Below are positions 34,601 through 47,199 of a DNA stretch of 64,000 nucleotides, piece after piece. The notes beneath the pieces are model-generated. The model did not search any database, was not told the origin of the DNA, and saw nothing but the letters and a program-made list of their open reading frames with translations. Position 1 is the first letter of the stretch. Every line of letters starts with the position of its first letter. Source of the stretch: Oikopleura dioica (Eukaryota; Animalia; Chordata); the NCBI GenBank assembly GCA_907165135.1, contig CAJRAX010000009.1:1-64000 (forward strand). The letters run 5' to 3'. A program made the position numbers and the translations under genes.

Positions 34601-36230
34601 CAGTGCGAAAATTTTAATCGAACCCTGAAAAGTAGACTACGGGCAAAGTGCAATTATGATAATTGGGATCTAGTTCTACAGGAAGTTGTTCATGATATTA
34701 ATACTTCCAGACATTCGGTAACCGGTCTTTCTCCTTTTTCGCTTCAATCAGGTTTTAAAAATCCACATGATATTTTCGATCCAAATTTTAGTGATTACAA
34801 TAATAGAATAGACATTGATTTCAATTCAATCAAAAACTTATTGATGAAGAAAAACAATTTAGGCTAGATAAATTTTCAAATCCAAAATTTATGCCGTATA
34901 AAATCGGGGATAAGTTCTTATTAAAAATTTCGGTGCAAAAACCAGCATTTGTAGGCCCTTTTGATATTATTTCTGTCTCTAAAGAGGGAACATGGTACGA
35001 GGTCAAATCTGGACGCAAAGAATTCAGGAGACACGCGGATCACCTTAAAAAAATGTTAATGTATCGAAAGGAACGATTCAAAAGAATCTTCTAATGTGAA
35101 AAATGGTCAAGATCCCCGACTTTTTAGGTTTAGTAGAGGAACCAATCAGAAAAGCCTCGTTTTTCACCCCTTTTTCTTCGTCTAGCTCCTTTACATCATT
35201 AGAAATGTCTCCTAATAAAATTGAAACAAGAATTGAGGCGGCAAGAGATAAAATTTCAAAATTTATGGTCGAGAATTTAATTGATAAAATTTTTAATAAT
35301 TTAATTACGAAAACACTCGAAAAAGCAGAGGAGGAGGATATATCTTCTTGCGAAGCGAGCTCTATAATATCGGTAATAGAAAATGAGGAAGGAAAAAATG
35401 GGGTAATAAATGAATCGTTAGGAATGATATCTAATTCGAATATCGCTAAGAAACTTGATTTTTCGACAGACTCGGAATCAGAGTTCGAAGAAAATCCTGA
35501 ACTTTGGGAGGTAACGATGGACTCTGAAGCCGGAACTGCCGAAAACGTTGACCCACATTTAACATCATATGATAATCTAGACCTCTCTGAAAACTCTAAT
35601 AGATGCGTAGTCTCCAGAAGCTCTTACCATGGTCTAAGAAATTCCAATCCACATATCGAAGGCCTTAATAAAAGAACGAGAGAATCTTCCAAAGATTCTA
35701 TTCCTGATTCTAAAAAGCAAAATCGAGATAAATTGTATTATGAAACGACAGTAGAAATAAAATTCGAAAATGAGCATAGTGATTTTTTCGCAAAATTAGA
35801 AAGGGAATACGAGGAAATAAATGCGGATATGGCAATCGAAAAAGGCTGTATCTTGAAGCTAGGCGAGCTTACAAGGGAAACACTTTTGTTTATTCTCTAT
35901 AAATTCGGAATCGATTTTAGTAGTCAAGAAAATGTAGGAGAACTTAGGATTAAAATAAGGGAGTACATAAAATCAAATCATCCGAGTTGGCGAAAAGGTA
36001 CTTCGGGAGAGTTTTTATTCTTCTCAGTTCTTAACTTAAAGGAGCAAAAACTCTCTACGAATTATCAAGACCCGAATTAAAAGTTCTTATTGCTGAGTTA
36101 TTTAAACTGCCAAAATTTCTTCCGTACAAAACAAAAACCGAAATGATCGAATTTATCAATGAAAGATTTTCTTCCTTGTATCCGAATCATCTCGCAAAAA
36201 CAACGAGCTCATTTTTGGACCAATTGAATT
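31640..36230 (+). pseudogene. pol: pol of element 5, frameshifted
   Basis: DTGS, YMDD, METDAS, HDYCH..CAYC, GPF and the C-terminal module are recognisable across frames. Confidence 0.9.
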
Positions 36231-36286
36231 CAATAGTTCTTTCTTAAAAGATGCTCCAGACAAAAGATACCCTGGACGGGTCATAC

Positions 36287-37310
36287 TGATAACGAGAATA
36301 CATGGAAAGATAACAAAAAATAAAAAATAAAAATTGAATTCTTATAGTTTCACGGCCACTTTCGCCAATTAGGTTGATTTTCATGAAAATCACAAAATAA
36401 ACTGTTCTGAAGAACCTGGAGCCAAATCTGTGGATGCTTGCATGAGTTCATCATAATCTATTTTTCCTTCATAACGTACGCGTTATTTCACATCATCAAA
36501 GGCACATTAGCCACCCGTTTCGGCGTTAACTTTCACGATTTAACCAATTCTAGTGCATCAAATTTTCAATTATTTCTCAGCAAAAACATTCATTTTAGTG
36601 CTCTTATTATTCTAGTTCTAATACAAGCTGACTTTATTATTCTGCAAACGACGACGATTCTCTGGACAACCTGGAATTGCCTCAAACGATGGACTCTTCT
36701 ATGATTTCAGACGGAGCTGTTGCATGAACTTTCATCCTCTAGCTGAGTTCCGCTTTTGCGGCTTGACAGTGTGACCCCGTGCTCCGCGGGATGGCGCTGT
36801 CTGTAAGTGCTCCTAGGTAGGCGTAATTGATTGAACCCTTTTTGGCTCGCTTTAGGATGACTGACCACCCTCTGGAAAACCGACAAAAATGCAGCTTCAA
36901 CAATGGCGGCAACTTCTTCAACAACGACAACGACAACGCAATGGACTGACAACGATTTGGAAACGGCTTTGCTATAGTACTCTTATCAAAAGTGATATGG
37001 CCACATAGTGGGAAGTTGACCTTTGATAAGAAAATGGAAATTATGGAAATCGGCTGCGGGTTGCGTGGCTGCACGCGTGAGATTGAATGACGAAAAACAA
37101 AGCGCGAAAAACAATTTGGAAAGAAAACATAAGCGCGAAATGCCTTATTTGGAAACATCTAGCACCTGCGCGAATTTGAAATTTGAAAATTTGAAAATTT
37201 GAAAAATCACTCTCTTCTTACCCAAAATAATACAGCCACGATTTCCGAATTTTTAGTGTCATCCTTTGCAGATCGCAATTAGCTTAGAGATTTGCATTAA
37301 AACGGTATCA
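36287..37310 (+). repeat. 3' LTR of element 5
   Basis: TGATAA...GGTATCA; carries all shared LTR motifs. Confidence 0.9.
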
Positions 37311-37617
37311 TATCAACATCATCTAAAAGTTCAAAAACGCATCAGAAAAAATATTCTGATGAAATTTTTGGCGTTTTTAGATGATGTTGAGTTCATTTTC
37401 ATCGAGAAAATATTCTGATGCGTTTTTGGCGTTTTAAGATGATGTTGAGTTCATTTTCATCGAAAAATATTCTGATGCGTTTTTGGCGTTTTTAGATGAT
37501 GTTGAGTTCATTTTCATCGAAAAAATATTCTGATGCGTTTTTGGCGTTTTTAGATGATGTTGAGTTCATTTTCATCGAAAAATTATTCTGATGCGTTTTT
37601 TGGCGTTTTTAGATGAT
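37311..37617 (+). repeat. Satellite B, ~5 monomers of 57-58 bp, the first partial unit inverted
   Basis: Unit GATGATGTTGAGTTCATTTTCATCGAAAAAATATTCTGATGCGTTTTTGGCGTTTTTA. Confidence 0.93.
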
Positions 37618-38666
37618 TGATACATTTTCATAGAGGAAAGAACACAAGAAAAAATGAAAAATTGAATATCCCAGTTTTCAGATGATGTTGAATCATTTTC
37701 ATCAAAAAAGGTTGATTAGGCATGAATTTCACAGATATAATTTCCGATGATTTTGGATTTACATCAAATCTCGGATGCTTGCATGAATTCATAAATCTCT
37801 ATTTTAGATGATGTTGTACGCGTCATTTTCACAATCCAAAGGCACATTAGCCACAGAATATTTTTCGGCGGTTCTTTATTTAACTCTTTCTAGTGCTCAC
37901 TACTTCTTTTGTTTAATTTATTCACTGGTAACTATTTTTGATGAATCAAGCTGACTCTTCTATGTCGAAAAACGATGATGGCAATTCTTTTTGACGATAA
38001 AAATCAATTGGCTCATTTTCTAAAACTACGACGGAGCTGTTGCATGAATTTCATCCTCTAGCTGAGTTCCGCTTTAAGCGGCTTGACAGTGTGACCCCGT
38101 GCTCCTCGGGATGGCGCTGTCTGTAAGTGCTCCTAGGTAGGCAATATTGATTGAACACCTTTCTGGCTCGCTTTAGGAAAGCTGACCACTCTCCTCAAAC
38201 CGACAGAATTGCAGCTTCAACAATGGCGGCGACTTCTCTGACAACAACGACGACTACGCAATGGACTGACAACGATTATTGGAACTGGCTTTGGAAAAGT
38301 ATAAGTAAAAATTCATTAAATTCTATCAAAAAGGGATATGGCCACATAGTGGGAAGTTGAACTTTTTGATAAAATTTATTTCTTGTGATTAATTTCGAAG
38401 CGAACGTGGCTGTTTCGGCGAATTTCGATTGATAGAAAAACAATTGCGCGAAAAGCGCTCACCATATTTGGAAAGAAAAACATGGCGCGAAATGCGCCGC
38501 GCCTTATTTGGAAAGAAACGCACCTGCGCGAAATGCGAATTGAAAATTTGAAAATTTGAAAAATCACTCTCTCCATACTCAAAATAATACAGCCACGTTT
38601 TGAAATTTAGGCGTCATTCTTTGCAAGATTCTAGCTTAGAGAGCATTTGCGCAGCAAAACGGTATC

Positions 38667-39736
38667 ATGGTGAACACGCAAGACTTCAACTTCAAGGTAA
38701 ATAAAATGCCCGAAGAATTACTTTTGCCACTTTTCCTTCCCTCAATTCTCGTCAATTTTTTCGAAAAAATATGCTGTCTTGGCGAATTTACAATTTCTAA
38801 GAATAATTTGAGCGACAAAATATCCGCGATGCGAAAAATTTTTGACAAAAGTATTAAGGATCACAATCGAGAGTCCGACCGTAATAATTTAGAAAAAGCT
38901 TTTGACAGGCAAGTCGTGGACTGCATTCGCAATAATTGCTCACACGAATTTATGAATAATTATGGGCGGGAAATGGCAAATTTCGAAAATATGGATGAAG
39001 TTTTTGATTTCCTGGAATCTGTTTAAGATGGAAGTGAGTCTGAGGAAGAAAAGCGAGAGCGGGCGGGAGTCGAACTAGAAAATCTTTGTCGAAGATCGGA
39101 AATGAACGAGAAGTTTTCGTCATTTTTGACAAGAATTAAAATGTCGCGGAGCTTATTTCTGATAAACAAGATGCTAGAGACTTTATTATTAACGCTCAAT
39201 TTATGAAAAGCCTCGAGCCAGCGAACAAGTCGTTTTTACGTGATCATGGAATCAGTAAAAAGAGTGCTCAGGAAATTGCCACATTTTTGGACTCACGGGA
39301 GCGGTATTTGAGTGTGAATGTTGCCTCGATCGAGTCGGCAAATCTTGCGTCATTTGTTGATCGAACAAGCGAACTTTTGGATTCAAAATTGACTTAGATG
39401 GAGTCGAATTATGAGCGAAAAAATTCTGAGCTTCTTGAGCAGATAAAACAATTAACAGCGACTGTAGAAAAGATAGAGCTCGAAAAGAAGGTCAAAAATG
39501 AGGAAATTACTAGGCCTGCTAACCCGCCGGCCTCAGCAAATTTTATTCCGCCGTTTCCGTTCAGATTCCAGCAGCCTCCTCAAGCGGCCCCTTTTTGCCG
39601 AAATTGCCAACAATGGGGTCATGTTAAGCCGAGATGCCCCAAAATAAAATGCTACGAGTGTCAGGGTTTTGGTCATATCGGGCGAAATTGCTTGAAACGA
39701 CGGGAAAATACCACCCAAGATCAGTCAAAAAACTAG
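38667..39736 (+). pseudogene. gag: gag of element 6
   Basis: Near-identical to element 2 Gag, with stops at 39024 and 39395 and small indels. Confidence 0.88.
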
Positions 39737-42700
39737 ATTTTGGAACGAATTCTGGTCAAATATCCGTTCCGAAAATCTCTATTAATAAAATCGGCGAACA
39801 ATTTTATATAACTGTAAATATTTTTAATTCACCTGTTCGATTTTTATTAGATACTGGTTCACAATTAAATTGCATTTGTAAGAAAAATATACCAAAAAAC
39901 ATAAAAATACAAAAAACAAAAACTGAAGCGGTAAATTATTCCGGCGGACAAATTGATATTTTGGGGAAGGTCGAAGCAGATATCATTATTGAAAATGTTA
40001 ATTGGGGAAAATCAGAATTTTACGTTGTTCCTGATAATTTGAGCCCTATTTTGGGAGTACCGGCTATTCAAGATAATGAGATAATGATAAACCTTCACCG
40101 TCGTAAAATAATTCAGTCCGGACCAATTGAACGGTTTGCAAAACTTAATCAAATTAAAACAAACGAAAATTTTGAAAACAACGAGGACATAAGTAAAGAT
40201 CGTGAATATGATGCTTTTTCTACCGATAATCTTTCTTTTAGGCCTAAATCAGAATGCATAATTGATTTGAAAATCAAAGACCTTGAACAAACGAAAAGTC
40301 TTTCATTTGATCAATCTAATCTAGGAAATTCTAAATTGCAGCTTATTCCAAGCTTTCAAGCTATCGATAAAACATGCCCGAAATTTCGTCTCCTTATTAT
40401 AAATCCAACAGATACAGTCATTAGAATTCCCGCGGGTACAGTTTTTGTTAAATTACATGAAATCGTTGAAATAGCGAGAATAAAAAACATTAAGCATAAA
40501 AACCTCAAAAATATTTCCGTCGGAAATATTAGCTCTTCAAAAATAAAAGTTGATTTTGACGCTCTTTTAGATGATTTCGCACATCTCATGTTGGACGAGG
40601 ATGACTCGCTCCCAGAATGTACGATTGAAAAATTTTCAATAGATACAGATACAGACTTTCCCATTTCTTCGGCCCCGTTTCGAACTCCTTTTAGCTTGCG
40701 GAATGTTTTAAGAGATCTTTTGGATAAATTTATGAGTAATAAATTTATAGAGCGATGTTCGAGCCCCTGGAATAGTCCAAGTATTCTTGTTAGAAAAAAA
40801 GATGGACGATTTCGTCTCGTCATTGATTTCAGAAAATTAAATGATGTTACTATTCAGATGCACTATCCCCTGCCAAATTTAGAGGATTCGTTGTCGTATT
40901 TAGATAAAAGTACTATTTTTTCCTCGATAGACCTTATTAAGGGGTTCCATCAGATCGCTTTAACAGAAGAGTCAAAAGACAAAACGGCATTTTCAAACGA
41001 GTTTGGTCAATTCAGATTTTTACGCATGCCAATGGGCTGTAGAAATGCGCCAAGTTTTTTCATGAGAGTAATCGATCAGGCACTCAAAGGTGTAGATAAA
41101 ACCGAAATTTTACCGTACATGGACGATATTCTTATTCATAGTAAAACAGAACAAGAGCATTCTATTGACAATTAAAAGTTTTTTTATATTGTTGATGCGA
41201 ATAATCTTAAAAAAAACTCTCTGAAGCTTCATTTTTACAAGGCGGTGACATTTTGATGGCTATTTCATTTTCATCGGAAATATTTCTCCTGATGCGATAA
41301 AATTCAGGCTATTAGAATCTTGAGTTCATCGTTCTAAGGAAAAATATTCTGATGTCTTTTGGGCGTTTTTAAATGATGTTGAGTAGATTTTATTAAAAAT
41401 ATTCTGATGCGTTTTACCAATTACAAAATGATGTTGAACGGATTTTCATCGACAAATGATTCTGATGCGCATTTTGGGCTTTTAATATGATGTGCGAGTT
41501 CGCAATGAATCGAAAAATATTCTGATGCGTTTTTGGCTTTTCGTTTTAGAGACATGTTGAGTCAAATTTTCATACGAAAAAATATTCTGATATTTGTGGC
41601 GAAAAGATTGTAGAGTTCATTTTCATCACCAATCTAGTGATGTGTTTGGCGTTTGTAGATTATAACAGAGGTCATTTTAATCGAAAAATAATCTGACATT
41701 TTTACACGTTTATAGATGATGTTGAGTTATTTTCATCGGAAACATATGCTGATGCGAAATGGTCGTTTTATCTTGATGTACAGTTCATTTTCATTGGAAA
41801 AATAATTCAAACATGCGTATTTTTGAACACTTCGAACCTATAACCAAAAAATCATTTTCATGGATAAAAATATTCTGATTAATTTTAGAACGTTTTTAAA
41901 TGATGTCGAGTTCATTTGCAGAAAAGTGATTGTTTGATGACAAACTTCGTTTTTAGAAAATCAGTTCTTTTTAATCGAAAAATATTCAGAAACAATTTGG
42001 CGTTTTCAGATGATCTTGAGTCCATTTTCACCGAGATATAGATGCGTTTTTTGACGTAGATAGATGGCCTAACAATTCATCAGGTGATATTCTGATTTTA
42101 TTGGCGTTTTGAGATGATGTTGAGTTATTTTCATCGAAAAAATCAAATGATTTATTTTTGGCGTTTGAATAGAAGGATTTTAGAAATTTTCATTAGAAAA
42201 TGAGCTGATTTAAAATTACCGTGAATAGATGCCATTGTGGAATTGATCAAGTCATTTCGAAAATATTCTGATGTATTTTTGGCCTAGTTTGCGATGCAAT
42301 AAGAGAATTCATAAGAATCGTTCCTATTGTCAAAAAGATAAACCTAATTTTCATCCCAATAAAGCGCCGGTTTTGAGATTTAAAACACCAGATGGACCCT
42401 TCGAAATTTTTGGATTTGATCTGATCACGACCTCCAACTGATCATGGAAATAAATATGTAATGGTTATGATTGATTTTTTCTCAAAATTTGGATGCGTTT
42501 GTGAACCTCTAAAATCTCGTAATTTCATTTTTCTACTTGAAAAATTTAAAACATTTTTAAAAATCCAATTTATCCGAAAATTGTTTGCTTCGACAATGCT
42601 AGATTCATTCTGAAATTGAGCATTTATGAAAGAAAACCATATAGACCAACATTTTACTCCGCCAAGACATCCTTCTTTCTCCTTCAGGTGGAAAATTATA

Positions 42701-43900
42701 ATCGAACCCTAAAAAGTAGATTACGTGCACGTTGTAAGGTTAGTGACATTGGGATCAGTATCTTCAGGAAATTGTTCATGACGTTTAATTCAAGCGAACA
42801 TTCAGTCACTAAAAACCCCTTATTCCCTTCAGATGGGTGTTAAAAATGCTCACCTTATTTTCGATCCAAATTTTAGGGCTGCTTTCGAAAAAGTGATCAG
42901 AGTATGATTTTCAACAAATTAAAAAATTGATCGAAGATGAAAAACAAAATAGGCTTGAGTTTGGTAAAAACCCAAAATTTTTGCCTTATCAAATCGGTGA
43001 CATGGTTCTTATCAAAAATTTTGACGCAAAGAAACCATTATTTCTGGGTCCTTTTAAGATTGCGTTAAATCTAAAGAGGGAACTTGGTATACAGTCGTTT
43101 CTGATGATAAAGAAGATAGGCGAAACGCTGATCATTTGAAAAGATTTAATGCGCGAAAGGAGCATTCAGAAGATCTAGAGCTTTCGGTCAAACTCCCATT
43201 GCGTACAAGGCGAAATTCGAAATTTCAAAAAGATAATGTTTTTGAGCGAGAAAGTTTTTCAAGTGGTGTTTTTTCTTGTCCTCCTATTTCTAGGCTTCAA
43301 ATTTAGTAGAGGAAAAAATGGGCAATATAGTAAACTCTTTAGTTCATATGCAAATTAGAGAAAATTTGAGTAGAGACTTGATTGCTTTACAGATGATGTT
43401 GATGGAATGCTATTCAAATTCATGAGGAAAGTTATTTTGTATCAATTATCGAGAAGTTGAGCAGAGTTTTATAGAGTTCATGATTCATACGCAAAAATAT
43501 TCGATGCCTAAACCTGGCGATTTGGCGGATCCATGTTGAGTTCATTTTATCGGAAAAATATTGGGAAATGAAGAGAATTTTGGCGAAAGTTAGATAGATG
43601 TTGGTTTATTTTTAATCGAAACGGAAATATTCTGATGCGTTCTTGAATGTCAAGAGCCCCTTAGATGATGTTGAGTTCATAAATTAAAAATTTCGGCAAA
43701 TTGCCACGCGAGATGATCATCGAAAGACTCCATTCCTTGCAAAAATCTCTACCGTTATTTAGACCCAGAAGAATGCTGAGACGAAGAGTCAAAAAATATT
43801 CTGTGCGTTTTTGTGAAATTTTCGATACTTTGAGTGCATTTTCATTTGAAAACGAGCATGCGTTTTTTCCAGAGGATGATGTTGAGTTCATGAGGAATCG
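39727..43900 (+). pseudogene. pol: pol of element 6
   Basis: ORF 39634-41175 holds PR and RT to YMDD; integrase and C-terminal fragments are recognisable at 42300-43900. Confidence 0.85.
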
Positions 43901-46352
43901 AAAAAATATTCTGATGCGTTTTTTGGCGTTTTAAGATGAAGTTGAGTTCATTTTCATCGAAAAAATATTCTCTAAGTTTTTTGGCGTTTTAAGATGATGT
44001 TGAGTTCATTTGACATCGGAAAAAATATTCTGAAGAATTAAAATAAGTTTTTAGATTTGGAAAAATCACCATAATCATCGAAAAATATTCTGATGCGTTT
44101 TTTGGCGTTTTTAGATGATGTTGAAAAAGGAAAAATTTTCATCGAAAAAAATATTCTGATGCGTTTTTGGCGTTTTGAGATGACCTGTTCAAATTTTCAT
44201 TTAAAAAATATTCTGATGCGTTTTTGGCGTTTTAAGATGATGCTGAGAAAATTTTCATCGAAAAATATTCAAAATGCGAACAATGAACTTAATATGATGT
44301 TGAGTTCATTTTCATCTAAAAATATTTGATGCGTTTTTGGCGTTTAAAATGATGTTCCGTTCATTTTCACCCATGAAATATTCTGATGCAAATTTTAGAG
44401 GAAAGAACAGATGATGTTGATGAAATTTTCATCGAAAAAATATTCTGATGCGTTTTTGGCGTTTTTAGGATGATGTTGGTTCATTTTCATCGAAAAAATA
44501 TTCTGATGATTTTGGCGCCAAATGATGTTGAGTTCATTTTCATCGAAAAATATTCTGATTTTTGGCGTTTTTAGATGATGTTGAGTTCATTTTCATCGAA
44601 AAAATATTCTGATGCGTTTTTGGCGTTTTTAGATGATGTTGAGTTCATTTTAATTGAAAAAATATTCTGATGCTATTTTTGGCGTTTTTGATGATGTTGA
44701 GTTCATTTTCATTGCAATTCTTATTCTGATAAAAATTTTGGCGTTTTTAGATGATGTTGAGTTCATTTTCATCGAAAAAATATTCTGATGCGTTTTTGGC
44801 CGCTTTAAGATGATGTTGAGTTCATTTTCATCGGAAAAATATTCTGATGCGTTTTTGGCAATTTTAGATGATGTTGAGTTCATTTTCATCGAAAAAATAT
44901 TCTGATGCGACAGAATTTTTGGCGTTTTTAGATGATGTTGTAAAGTTCATTAAATTCATCAAAAAAATATTCTGATGCGTTTTTGGCTTTTTTAAGATGA
45001 TGTTGAGTTCATTTTAATCGAAAAAATATTCTGATGCGTTTTTGGCGTTTTTCGATGATGTTGAGTTCATTTTCATCGAAAAAATATTCTGATGAATTTT
45101 TTGGCGTTTTTAGATGATGTTGAGTTCATTTTCATCGAAAAATATTCTGATGCGTTTTTTGAAAATTTGAAGATGATGTTGAGTTCATTTTCATCGAAAA
45201 ATAATTCTGCCAATTTTTGGCGTTTTAAGATGATGTTGAGTTCATTTTCATCTTAAAATAAATTGATGCGTTTTTGGCGTTATCAGATGATGTTGAGTTC
45301 ATTTTCATCGAAAAAATATTCTGATGCATTTTTTGGCGTTTTAAGATGATGTTGAGTTCATTTTCATCGAAAAAATATTCTGATGCGTTTTTTTGGCATT
45401 TTTAAAATGATGTTGAGTTCATTTTAATCGAAAAAATATTCTGATGCGTTTTTTGGCGTTTTTAGATGATGTTGAGTTCATTTTCATCGAAAAAATATTC
45501 TGATGCGTTTTTCGGCGTTTTCTGATGATGTTGAGTTCATTTTCATCGCAAAAATATTCTGATGCGTTTTTTGGCGTTTTTAGATGATGTTGTGTTCATT
45601 TTCATCGCAAAAATATTCTGATGCGTTTTTGGCGTTTTTAGATGATGTTGTGTTCATTTTAATCGAAAAATATTCTGATGCGTTTTTTGGCGTTTTTAGA
45701 TGATGTTGAGTTCATTTTCATCGAAAAAATATTCTGATGCGTTTTTTGGCGTTTTAAGATGATGTTGAGTTCATTTTCATCGAAAAAATATTCTGATGCG
45801 TTTTTTGGCGTGCCAAGATGATGTTGAGTTCATTTTCATCGAAAAAATATTCTGATGCTTTTTTGGCGTTTTTAGATGATGTTGAGTTCATTTTCATTCG
45901 AAAAATATTCTGATGCGTTTTTGGCGTTTTTAGATGATGTTGAGTTCATTTTCATCGATTGAAAAATATTCTGATGCGTTTTTTGGCGTTTTTAGATGAT
46001 GTTGAGTTCATTATCATTCGAAAAAATATTCTGATGCGTTTTTGGCGTTTTTAGATGATGTTGAGTTCATTTTCATCTAAAAATATTCTGATGCGTTTTT
46101 GGCGTTTTTAGATGATGTTGAGTTCATTTTCATCGAAAAAATATTCTGATGCGTTTTTTGGCGTTTTTAGATGATGTTGTGTTCATTTTCATCGAAAAAA
46201 TATTCTGATGCATTTTTTGGCGTTTTTAGATGATGTTGAGTTCATTTTCATCGAAAAAATATTCTGATGCGTTTTTCGAAGTTTTTAGATGATGTTGAGT
46301 TCATTTTCATCGAAAAAATATTCTGATGCGTTTTTCGGCCTTTTAAGATGAT
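43900..46352 (+). repeat. Satellite B array
   Basis: 57-58 bp unit in tandem; the left part carries traces of a family-2 LTR. Confidence 0.93.
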
Positions 46353-47190
46353 TGATACGAATACGGGAAAGAACCAAGAGAAAAAAAAATAAAAATTGAA
46401 TTTACTTCTCACAAATAATTTTGCGCCAATTAGGTTGATTAAGCATGAAATTCACGGTTAAATTGTTCTGATGATTTTGGAGCCAAATCTCGGATATTGC
46501 ATGAGTTCATAAAATCTCTATTTTTCCTTCAATTGGTATTCTTCTTCAACTACAACGAAGCTGTTGCATGATAAATTCATCCTCTAGCTGAGTTCCGCTT
46601 TAAGCGGCTTGACAGTGTGACCCCGTGCTCCTCGGGATGGCGCTGTCTGTAAGTGCTCCTGGTAGGCAAAATTGATTGAACACCTTTTTGGCTCGCTTTA
46701 GGATTAACTGACCATTCTCCTTAAAACCGACAAAACTGCAGCTTCAACAATGGCGGCGACTTCTTCTTCAACGACAACGACAACGCAATGGACTGACAAC
46801 GAACATGGAACTGGCTTTGGTAAAAATATGAACGAATAGAATTTTTATTGATAAGGGATATGGCAACATAGTTGGAAATTGAACTTATTGATTAAATTCG
46901 ATTCTTGCGATAAAATTCGAAGCGAACGTGGCTGTTGGAGCGAAATTGAAATCAACGAAGGAAACAAATGCGCGAAAGCGCTGCGCCTTATTTGGAAAGA
47001 AAAACATCGGCGCGAAATGCGCTGCGCCTTATTTGGAAGTAATAGCACCTGCGCGAAATGCGAAATTGAAATTTTGAAAATTTAAAAATCACTCTCTTCA
47101 AACCCAAAATAATACAGCCACGTTTCGAATTTTAGCCTCATTCTTCGCAGGATTCTAGCTTAGAGATTAATTTGCAGCTAATTGGCATCA
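46353..47190 (+). mobile_element. 5' LTR of element 7 (family-2-related); internal region visible only as traces
   Basis: TGATACG start preceded by ATGAT; shared LTR motifs; ends GGCATCA followed by a gag-like CAACTTCAAGG..AAAATGCCCGAAGAAT; gag/pol junction trace at 48235-48300. Confidence 0.82.
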
Positions 47191-47199
47191 TGACATCAA

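Larger units (their letters stand above)
30021..37310 (+). mobile_element. Ty3/Gypsy element 5 (family-2-related), probably recombinant
   Basis: Short 5' LTR 30021-30559 and 1.02 kb 3' LTR 36287-37310 differ in their U3 parts; left flank GTCAT (satA) is not repeated on the right (satB). Confidence 0.88.
37618..44400 (+). mobile_element. Ty3/Gypsy element 6 (family 2), progressively mixed with satB sequence; right end undefined
   Basis: 5' LTR 37618-38667 preceded by ATGAT; gag 38667-39736; A_AAA_AAC at 39727-39733; pol clean to ~41160, then only fragments match element 2. Confidence 0.88.
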
